Below, piece after piece: positions 48,439-60,400 of a DNA stretch of 64,000 nucleotides (its first letter is position 1; each line of letters starts with the position of its first letter). A model generated the notes under the pieces. It did no database searches, was not told the origin of the DNA, and was given only the letters and a program-made list of their open reading frames with translations. The position numbers and the translations under genes are program-made. The DNA is from Phallusia mammillata (Eukaryota). Where the stretch lies: positions 10,044,001 to 10,108,000 of the forward strand of contig OZ281499.1 in NCBI GenBank assembly GCA_965637545.1, written 5' to 3'.

Positions 48439-51400
48439 CTAGCTGCTGCCGAAGATGAGATAAATGAGAAGTGACACAAAGGCGATAAGTACAGCAGCTG
48501 TTGAGTATCTCCGCATCTGAAGAGGAAAAAGAATAAATATTATAGTTTGCGCTTTGGTAAACCGTTTTATTGCATACTGATCCCAAAACAGTAACCTATT
48601 AGCTACGTAAATCATAGTACGCCAGGCCTATTAAAGGCGTTACACCGAATTACCCAGCCACCAAGCATTCCCATAAAGGGCAAGGCAAACGTTAGAAAAA
48701 TCTAGCCTGCTGTGACAGAGTTGCAAGCGGGCCCGAAATCTGAGCCCGAACCCGGCCCGAACCCGAAAGTATAAGCCCGAAGCCCGGCCCGAACCCGAAA
48801 CGTTTTTGAGAAGCCCGTTTGGGCCCGAAATTTTGATTGACAGGTCTATCCACGAAAACCTTGCAACAAAGTATAAGAAAGAAAAAAGTGAGAAAACAAC
48901 AAAAACAATGAACAATCGTTGACAATGGGGTAAACAATACGTTTTAGAGTAGGGTGGGCATTAGGGCAAAGCCAGAGAATTGTTACTAAAAATGGCGGAA
49001 ACGGAACGAAAAATCAGGCCCGTTTTGAGCCCGTTTTCTGACAAATACCTAAGCCCGAACCCGGCCCGAACCCGGCCCGAAAAGCCCGGCCCGACTTGCA
49101 ACTCTGTGCTGTGAGACTCGAACCCATGATATGACCCTTCAGGCTGACGCTCTGCCAAGTAAGCTTTGTAAATACAAAACTGTTTGTCCCAAGATAAGTA
49201 AATGTTTACTTAATCGAATATTACTATTATGTGCATAGAAAATCAAAACTGGTAACTTTTCACCAGTCAAGTAAATGTTCTTGTTATTTAGAATAAGCAG
49301 AATGTTGGCAAATTGCATATGCGATTACGCATACTATGAACTAGTTTTAAGAGGCTGTACTTAAAATAGCAAAGTAGATTGGGTCTGGCAAAGTCATTTT
49401 TATGTCAATGAATAATATAAGACTTTAACGAAAATTGTTTAAAGTCAGTGGTTCCCAACCGAGGAGGAATTCCTTTCAAGGGAGCAATTCTAAAACTTGA
49501 GTGGGGAAATTTACTTACGTTTTTTACATGCGGTTTGTAAAAAGACACTTAAGCTGTGGGAAACCTGTAGAGTTGATAAAATACCCAATTTTAACTCATC
49601 TTTTTATGGTTTAGCATCTACTATGTAGTATATTTGGGAGGAATGAGAATGTTTTGAATTGTTAAGTTAGGAATTTGTCGAAAAAGGTTGGAAACCACTG
49701 GTTGAATGGAATTGTTAGACGCAACTACACTAACATCGAAACTTACCGCTAGAGAACCTTCCAATTTCATTGCGTTCTCCTCACGCTCTCGAATCAGCTG
49801 CTGACATCTAGTGGTCACCTCGGCCAGTTCCTCGTCTTTATTTCCCATCGCTGACGTCAGCTGAGAGTGTGACGTCACGCAAGGTCACGTGAGTTGTCGG
49901 GAAGGGGGTCAGGTAGGTGAGAGGAGAGAAAAGGTGTAAGAGTGTTAGTAAACTGGTTAATGAGTACAGCCGTGTATGGGCTAGTTTCGAGATGACAAGC
50001 ATTTCGAATTAAAAAGGCCGGTTACCATGCGAAACACAGGCAAAAATGCATGGGTCTGTGCCAAGAAGCGCAGTTGTAAAATGAATTGCAACTGCATGGT
50101 ACCAGATACGTTTTATAGGGCGAGCGTTTTTTGTTTTGAGAGTTACAACACAGTGTTATACCCTATGAGGCACCACCACCAGAAAGGAATTTACGCAAAA
50201 AAAGTGATGAATAAAACGCTTCTATGTGAATATTATGGGTGAAACTTCTAGACTTAAACCACATAGATATGGACAAGCGACCCCAAACGATATAACGATA
50301 AGTTTCCTTAATTTTTTCGTCCTGAATTTCATGATACAAAACCTAAGCCCTTTCAAAATTTTGTGGCGCTTTCGGAAGGTTTTTGTAGATCAAGGTGTTC
50401 ACAAAAAACGATTTTCTTTCTATCAACGCGTATTGCGTATTGTCCTATGATGTTAAAACGACGTCACTACTTTGAACAGAATGCATGAAAGTCTAGCGAC
50501 ATTACACTACAGAAGGCCTAGATGACTAAAGCAAAAACAGGCCTTTCTTTTAAAAAATATTGGTGAAATAATGACTTTTTATGCAAAAATAAATAGAGTG
50601 GATTAAATTTAAGGCATTTAACCCAACTGCGTAAATAGGGTAAATTATTAGAGGCACGTTGGAAGTACTCTACAACTGTAGTTAGTTTTACAAACTTTCT
50701 GATACTAAGAACCACACGTTTTTTTGACAAGCCCACTCCTATGTGTGCTGATTCGGTTTTCTATGTTCTATTTTTTTAAGAGTAGCCTACTATTGTCTGG
50801 CGCTATCCAACTTTTAACACTTTGCATGCGGGTATAAAAAACAAGAACAGGAATAAAATACCCGTAACAGTAACACTTCGACGTAACACGCAAGAGTACA
50901 AAAAAGTGCAAGATCTTTTGAAAAGATGGTGCACGTTACGGAACCACTAGAAGAACAGTATCACCGTTAAAATGCAAGTTAAGGGTATCAGCACACCACC
51001 AATACACCACCGAAAATCAGCAGTTAAAGAGTTTTCCCCCAGCATTTTTTCCATTTGACGCAAAAGTTTGGTTATATACTGTACTCTGTTTGCAGAAACG
51101 CTCTTTTTTGCTTCATTTATAGCAAAATATAATGAAATAGGAACCTTTTTCAGGCAGTTTTGAAGCACACTATAGTGTTAAAATGCACCCAAACACGCAA
51201 CCAGCAAACCTGCTTAATTTAAAAAAATCATCCAATCGCACGCGATTGTTGGGTCACGTGCACGCCGGGTTAGGACCACGTGATCAGTACCGAGCAATCA
51301 GCGCAAAGTCTACCATCTGCACACTACGGGTTATTTCGGGTTAATGGTTATTAAATGTCAACTGGAAACAGCTAAGATAGACTTGGGAATCGAAAGGCAA

Positions 51401-54400
51401 TGCCGCTAATGATAGGCTACTACAGCGTATGGTGGGTAGTCACGTGTTTTCCACCTGCCAATGGGAAACAGACACGTTGACCTCCTGCATAATGGTGGTG
51501 CGGTTGGCTACGAAGCAGATGATATATAAGCGCAGTATAAATTTAAGTTTACTGCTTTTTTGTGAAAGTTCTGGGCCTGGTGGTCAGATCAAACCTAGAC
51601 TGAAGGTTACTATAATTGCACATACATTTAACCTCGGTTAATCCGGACCCGTTTGGACCAGAAAAATGCCCAGATTAGGCGAAGACCACATTACAAATCA
51701 TTCGTACCTCAAGTTTTGTCCGAATTAGGCAAGATCCGGATTAACCGATGTCGATCAGTTACATCATTACTGTATTACAAATCATTTGAACCTTAAGTTT
51801 TGTCCGAATTAGGCACAGATCCGGTTTAACCGAGGTTTACTTTACATATTTTTACTGGATCTACTTTATTTATGAAACTAATAGACACAAAAATGTTTTG
51901 GGTTATAACTTATATGCTGGGATGGTTTTTCGTCAATCCTTTTTTGACGCTGCATTTGTTACATGCAAGCGGACAAAACACAGAATATCCCTAAAACCTT
52001 CGATTTGATAACCACGGCCAAACCAAAGAAAATCAGAATTTGAGGAATAATACATTTTGTGTGGGATTGTATAACTAGGAGCATATAACATGCACAGCAT
52101 ACGTTGTTTTTTACCTTTTCTTTCTCTTGAAGAGATTCTTCGAGGAGAGTTTTATTCGAGGTAAGCTCCTTCTCTAAAGCTGATTCCTTTTCAGCTCGTG
52201 ATTGCTCAAGACGCTGTAATTCGCTATTTATTTCCTCTTTTTCCCGTTGAGCCCTGTTACAGAAAAGATGCTGTGTTTCAGGGCAGTGTTTCCCAAAGTT
52301 CTTACCATTTTTGCACAACTGTTAATATGAGCATTTTTTATCATTTGGGAGCCAAAACATTTTTAATTCATTTAACAACAGTTTTAAGTTATAATATAAC
52401 ATACTCTAGCAAACATCTCCCGATACGACTTTAAGCATAGAGACCCGTTTTAACCGTAAATTACATCGGCCCTGTAAGTAAATCAGCGTTGCGACCTATA
52501 CGGAATTATGCTCAGTGTTTAAGATATGGAATTCTATCACATTACAGTGATTACTGAACATTTTGTGCAACTGGTAAGCCCTATTCTAATAACAGTTCGG
52601 TTACATTGTTTGAACCCGTTTACAAGAACGGCATCGTTAAAAAGGGATCAAAGACACTTATCCACGAACAAACATGCTTTTTGTTACAAAAACCAATTAT
52701 TTGAAATGAAACCTATACGACAGTACTAAAACCTGCTTCTATCATAACATTTCCTGTACAAACCATAGGTATGGGATCGCTTTTCAGGCGTGTTTTTGCA
52801 AGCTGTTTATCTCTTTAATATGTATAAAGGGCATACAGCCAGGATAGGGACAGCAAAATGCCATACTAATGACATTAAATGGCGCAAGCGGTTTTGAGGG
52901 GAAATACAAAGTAACCACAAAGCCAGGTCAACGCATTTCATTCATATGTCATGACAGTAACGCACATTAGCTATCATAGCGCCTCATACTATCTAAGCCT
53001 TAGCTGTCTTTCAAGATTTTCTAAACTCTCCAAAAAATACTTCGATCGCATGCTGACCATTGTTTAATGCGGAGCAGTATATGGCGTTGCACGGTGATCG
53101 TGACGTCATGGTCGCCACGCTGATGACGTGTCGCTTCGTCATCGTCACCAAGTCCCATCAGCTTTGGAATAAAGACTCCACTGTTACTGTAAGTGCCGCT
53201 GTGAGCACTGCAAGAGGGTACGGGTTGAAATCCCAGCTCGTCTGCGAAAAGTTCGGTCTCTTCTGAAAGCGGGATGACCCTGTTGTCGCATTTCTGCATT
53301 ACATCGTTAAAAATCGCGTCCGACACCATATGTCTTTGTGCATCTTCGCTTTTTGGTGTTTTAGCGTGAAGCTGCTTTGCGGCTTTTCTCAGGGCGAACC
53401 TCGGTGAAGGTGGAACCAGTTTACTCCGGTTTGATCTGGTTGAACTGAACCCGCTGTGCGGTGTGGATGATGTAGAGGTGCCTTTTGAACTTCTCAAGGA
53501 GGGCACGGGTATGCGCGACCCCCTTCGCATATATTCGGGCACGCTGCTCATTCTGTGACGTCACTATGCTGCAGAAGCATTATTGTCACTTTTTCACTAA
53601 CTTAAGTTCATAAACTTGTGTGCCTAATAATTCTGATTCTGACAATCGTTGCTGTATATTCCAAACAAAAAATTTACCATTACGGCAGGCTCAAAATAAC
53701 TGTTTGAACTTTTTCCATACCAAGCTAATCCAAATCTCATACACAAAACTAGAATGAAAAACTGTCAAATAGCTCTTGCGGTAAACTTCGGTTAATCTGG
53801 ACCCGTTTGGACAAAGAAGTTGTCCGGACTAGTCGAAGATCCGGATTAACCGATGTTGACTAGTTCATACCTTATAACATTACAAACCATTTGTACCTCA
53901 AGTTTTGTCTGAATTATGGAAAGATCCGGATTAACCGAATCCAGTTACCCAAAGTTTTGGTACTTTCTTTGTGTTATCATTCTAACAAAACACGGTACTA
54001 ACGTAATAAAATATGAAATCAATATTATAGAGGCATTGGGTGTGTCTCAATCTATACCAATTAATTTCAAACCTTCACCTCAACTAACCACTCAAAAAAA
54101 CACGTCTTTGTTGCAGATACACCTGATAGCCACACGACAAGGTGGATCTAAAAACAACAACCACTTACTCTTGTAGTGACAGCGTCAAAGCATCGAAATC
54201 TGACTTCACGTCGGCTTTTTCTTTTCGGCAGATGCTCAATTCGTCTTCGAGTCGGGCAATCTGCTCCTCTTTGCTGAAATGTAAGGGATATTGCCTGTAG
54301 GTTGGACACAACAAACCTGATTGTGCGTCACAAACAAACAACTATTGTGATGTGACAATGGCTATTGTTGTGATACATAATAAAGGCTTGTTCAATGGTT

Positions 54401-57400
54401 AAGTAAAAATAGGCAGGTATCCACGTGTAATTCATGTGTTGTTGCATTTTACCCATAAAAACAATTGTTAAAATGGTTTTATAACATGTATGGCGGTCAC
54501 GTTTTAGCTCTGTCAGAACAACTAATTTTTGATTCGTCCAAATTGGTATTTTCTAGTGTATTACATCGATATTCTTTATAATTTACCAAAATATACAAAT
54601 GTTATCACTAGGGCAAGTTTTTGTTGCACTAAAAACGTGAGAAAGTTGCACTTAATTTCAACAAAAGTTGCAGTAAAAAGTTGCATTTATGCACAAGTTG
54701 CATTTATGCATACTTCTTGGAGTTAAAATAACTAGCGGGCCGCAGGTTGACAATCCCTGCCTTAGACTGTCATCTTAACAGATATCAAGGTTATCGCTTC
54801 TTACTTGCAAAATAACGAATGCACTTTCATATAAAACGTTATGCTTGACTGGGGTTGTTGAACTGCTAGCTTGCAAGTCAACTGTTGCGTCATAGATAAC
54901 ATTGAGATGCAGCTAATCCATCACATAGCTCTTTATTATGCAAATCAAAGAGAATACAACCATACTAAAAATAGTTTTACAGCATGTTTTTTAAATCACT
55001 CCTTTACATTTTGCGCAATACTTGATAAAAGTTGCAGTCAAAAGTTGCACGAAAAATAGAAAAAAGTTGCAAAAAGTTGCAACATAAAATTCCTACAAAC
55101 AGCTTATAACATCATACTACATAAATTCTGAGTATTTAGGAAGCTGCTGGAAGCTGTAAAAAAAAGTTGCAAAAGTTGCAAAAACTTGCCCTAGTTATCA
55201 CTATTTCGTCAGTTTTTGCAAACGATTCCTATCAAAAAATAAAACTGATTTTACAAAATTTCTTTTCGTATTAATATATGCTTTGATGCATTTTTGTTTT
55301 ATTATTGTGCAGCAAAATGTCATTTGTGTCATTGGATACCACTAAAAAGGCTTGTACTGAAAAGAATAGCCGTATAACGGAAAAATCCTTCGTTAATATA
55401 TCGATTTTTGGAGACTAATTTTATTAAGTTGCCATATTCTAGGTAGAAGGGATATGGTTAATATGACATATGGAAAACGGCGTTTTCTTGTTCAAATTCG
55501 ATTTCAATTGAAACAGCCTGAACGAAACAATGGCGTTGAATAGGATACATAGCGTGCGTTAAACAAAGATACATAGTTCAAATGTCCTCACAGCCCAAAA
55601 TCGTCACACATTTCAATACCGTATCATATGTCACGTTTACGACTATTAAAGTAGACAAGTTATTTAATATGTTCCTTATTCAAGCAAACAATTATCATTT
55701 GTTTAAAAACAATGAAAGAACACGACCAATCTTACGTGCGATTTGCTTAAACAATGGAGTCAGAAAATTTTCAGGGAGTGATTATAATAAGTAAGCTTCA
55801 GACAGTGCACATTATTTTTACACACAAGGTCTTATTAGTGCAGCTGGTGACAAGACATATGCCGTTTTTTTTCAGTATGTTACTTCCAACAAACTACAGT
55901 GCCTTTAGATTGCTACATTAGCCAATGCAGTCCATTTCTTGTCATTATAGCTGCACTGATGAGACGTTAGAGGTCAAAACAATGTACACTGTCTGCAGCT
56001 TATCATTTGATAGCTTGATTCTGTCGTAATTATGTAACCATTGACACAGTGCTGGATTAACCATTAGGCAAAGTAGGCACGTGCCGACAGGCCAGTCAAA
56101 AATCCAGGCCAGTTTAAATGATTTGGCAACACTGATAATTCTAGTTTTTTTAGTTGGCAGCCCTTTTTTTCGGGCCACTTATAAAATGTGCCTACAGGCC
56201 AGCAGACCCTTAATCTGGCACTGCATTGACAGGTTTCGTAGCGTCAATATTGGTAAATTTAGTTTGTTTAAACAAGGGTAAAAATTTGGTTAGAATATTC
56301 TCAAAAGTAACAATATAAAAAGAGCCACTGCTCCACGTGTAAAGTGTTCAAAATAGGAAAAGAGGATCCCATTGCGCTGATCGGACCCCCTTGCAATTTT
56401 TGATGTAGCGGCTAGTTCAGGGGCGGGCAACATCCGGCCGGGATTTTGAGCGGCCCGCAGACAGTTTCTGGTCTTACATGATAAAGTGACCCGTGGCCAC
56501 AGTCGGCCGCAATCCCCCACTACTTGCTTACTACGTCAAGTTATATTTGTAACGGACAGTAACGCTACCCAATAGCAAAAAAATTTCCCGCCGTTGTTAC
56601 CATTGAACCATACGTCCATTGTTACGACATAACTGCCAACCTTATATGTGACCTGCTTTCACGGTTTCCTTTGTTTCCACACGTGTAGCCTAGTTAGTGT
56701 TTCAGCAGTATCTAAGTCTGTGGTGAATAATTTTATGTTATATCAGTTAGAATTGTTTGGACTGTATTGTAATTGTGACGTTCTTGATTGTATTTGGTTT
56801 AGGTCAGTGGTTCTCACACTCGGTTTTCGGGGCCGCATGCGGCTCCCAACTACTTATTTTGCGGCTCGCACCAGACCTCAGAAAACCACCAAAGATTGCT
56901 ATTTTAGCTTTTAAAGTCATAATCTTTAGTGATTTTCTCAAGGTTTCGTTTTTTTTGCGGCTCCCTGCACACTTAAAAAAATACCATTTGGCCCTGACAA
57001 TAAAAAAGTTTGAGAACCACTGGTTTAGGTGGTCAAAAATCCGTTTTAAATCACTGGATGAATACGCTATTAATGTATCGACTCGGGAATCCGGCCCGCC
57101 AAGTACTTCATTTTACCATATCAGGCCCGCCGACTGGAGAAGTTGCCCGCCCCTGGGCTAGATGCATTAACACTGACTAACTGAAGAGCCCATTAGCAAG
57201 TTAATTGCACCACTTACGCTATTAGTTGGCTTGTGTAATCTTCCAGTTGTTTTCGCACTTCGCGCTCTTTATCGTAAGCCGCTGTAGCGAGTAGAGCCTG
57301 AGACTGAACTTCGGCCTGAAGTGATTCTGTTTCGTTCGCGAATTTTGTGATGCTTTCAGCGTCCTCTTCTACTTTACCTAGAACAGATGGTTGGTCGTTA

Positions 57401-60400
57401 CCATAAAAGTGTCTGATACAGCAAAATTATTGTCAAAAAGGTTCTGCGTGAAGTCGCAATGAAATGTTTCGGTAAATTGTTTGACCAAATTCGACCCAAA
57501 CCAAACTTTTAGATTGTTTGAAAATTTAGATTTGTTTGAGGCTTTGACTTTTAAAATCAACCGTTTTAGAGTAAAAAGATATAACACAGTATTTGAGTGT
57601 AAAACATCGACAGTAAAATAAAACCACTAGAACGGATGCAACGACCAATTCAGATTTTATGCATTATTTAATTGTTGTTTCCCAGAAAATACGAGCCATG
57701 TTGTCTGCACAACGTTAAACTTTTTTGTTTTAGGTTTTTGCAGGCTATTTCAATGTGGTTTGGAGTCATACATCAACCGCATTAACAACATTCAATTTAG
57801 ATCATAACCTACATCAGAAAGAGAATTTTAGCTTCAAATATTTTTTGCCGGACATGTTAAAACGTTATTGACATGCCTAGAAATTAACTTAAGCGCCAAC
57901 AAAAATACGTGGAATCCATGTGGTTTAGTCCCGCGGCCCACTGGTGGTCCGCGACGTTCTTTTAGGTGGGCCGCGAAGTTTTTTAAACTACTACCATACC
58001 AATATGGAGGTTAAAAAAAGTTACACAGTTTGTGTGAACGTACTTTCAAATTTAACCATTTTTCTCAAAAATATGATACTATAGTATACTCACTATGAAA
58101 GCCCCATAGCGCATAAGATTTCACGTTAAACAAAGCATTATTACACAAACAAACTGCGATTGTCACGTCACAACAGTATTTGTACTAGTTGTAAAATCTT
58201 GATGCTGGAACTCTCTTTGTTAGCTTTATTTGGTCTTTGCGTAGCTACAAAATGGATAGTTTTTTTCATTGTGGTTTTCTCGCAATATTATACGGTGGTC
58301 CGCCGAAAAAACAAAATTTTTAAGTGGGCCGCGAGCTGGAAAAGGTTGGGAAGCACTGGTTTAGTCCAATCCATATTCCACTTTTTGGAAATTAGAAAGA
58401 ACAATAACTTTGCTTACCTTGTAGAGTGGAGATTTCCTTTTGAGCATTTTGTAGGGATTGCTCATTAGTTTGAAGTTGAGTTTCCAGCAGAGAGCAAGAC
58501 TCCCTGCGCTCCTGCAAAGATGATTCAAGGCTGGAAACTTCCTCCCGCAGTTGAGGAACTGCCTCGGCTGTCTGCCTTGTCACCATTAACTCATCTGCAA
58601 AAAAAAAAAAAAAATCCAAATTAGAGATAGACCGAAATGTTTTTTTTGTTAAGGCTGATAGCGATTATCGGCAGTTAAGTGGACCGATAACCGATATTTA
58701 AAGACGATCAATCGTTTGCAGTCTAAAAAAGGCCTAAATTTAGACTATTTTAACCATGAAAGATAGTAAACTTGTTGAAAATGTGAACGTTAGATTGTAG
58801 TTTAAAGCACAGGCTTCGCTATACTTATAGTAACATAATCGTGTAAAAACAGAACTAATGAAGGCCATGTCAGGGCATCAAAGTTTTCGACGTCAATTTG
58901 GTCCCCCATAGTGTTGTACGCAAAGGCCTTTAAGGTAGTACACAAGCTTACTAAATAGAAAAGGGTTAAGTCAAAATTATAACATTTGCAAAAATTAGCC
59001 AAAAATGCGCCACAAAGTTTAGGGAATTTTAATTACATCATTCAGTTTCATCTCTTTTACTTTGACATAATATACACCATTCTTAGTTTCAAATGTTACA
59101 ATGTGTTTGCTATAATTCACAACATTAGTGCACATTTTATAGGAGCTTGACAAACCATTTTATGAAACACTGATCTACCCTTAAGAATCTTTAAGGTAAC
59201 AATCCTGTTAACACTTAGTTTAGATTTGACTTGTCTAAATATATTTTTTCCATTCCAGGTGCCAAAGGAGAATTGTTTGCACTCATGATACTGTAATAGA
59301 CATTGGTTACTGGGTGTCAAGACTTGAAATAAAATTTGAAGTTAAAACTTTGAAAACAGGTCACAAGCAGAAAATAGTCTACAGCTACTGTTTGTTTTGG
59401 ATTAAAATATCTTGTTTTGTTGTGCATAAGCTTTCTGAGCATTTAAGAAGACCCAAAAATATTGTCTTTAGTTTTCTTGGTACTTGCCTTGCATGTATGG
59501 ACACCAGCAACATAGAAAAAATTCCCTGAATTTGTACAATGCCTTTTGAAAAATTATTACAAGCGCAGTCATGCTACCGAGAAACACACCAAGCGTGCCA
59601 TTGTGGCTGAAAAACATGACAAAAATTATGTTGCCACAATTTTTTAAACATCCTTGCAGCATGTTTTAACTACGCCCTTGTTGTTTTGTGCAAGAAATAC
59701 ATTATATCTTACACTTTGCAGCTAATCTGAACAATGAGACCAAACTGTACAACTGACACTTTGTAAATCATTTTTTGACAAAAAGAAATATGAAACCAAA
59801 AATTGCTATCCAAGTGTTTTACAAGATAAAATACTAAATAAAAAACAATGCGATTTTTTCTTGCTCACAGATACTTCAGATGCTGTTATTTCTCTCTTAA
59901 ATTTTAGGAAAAAAATATCTCTCTCCTAATTTGAGGACTCATAACTTGTTTTTTTATGAAGCAAAAACAATGCTTGTGATTTCCACTTAGAGTGTTTTGT
60001 TATATGCCACAAAACAAACTAATCCACCCTAGCTGTTCTCAAAGGACTTGCTCTTGTGATGTTGGTACTGCTGCTTCTATGTTGACACTTCCTAAAAACT
60101 TTTGACAGTTTTATTACTGCCAATACTGCATGTCAACATAGATAAACACAACGCTATTATCTCTTGGTTCACGTTGGTTGCATCTTCAAACTATAACTTT
60201 TAATAGATTCTAGTAATTTTGAGTTGATTGGATCAATTGTTTTGCCAAGCTAACATAGAGTGTTGTGAGCCAGACAGGCATTTAATCGGGAACAACAGTC
60301 AAAATTGGAGGGACTATTTTAAAACCGAATTCAACATCCTTATTAAAATACTAGGCACTCTGATCTATATCTCAACAAACAGAGGTGTTGTAAGCAGCAA

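Noticed and set aside
60020-60083. Candidate minus-strand exon (GSVNIEAAVPTSQEQVL...)
   Set aside because: The phase-compatible frame hits TGA and no donor restores phase with neighbouring exons.
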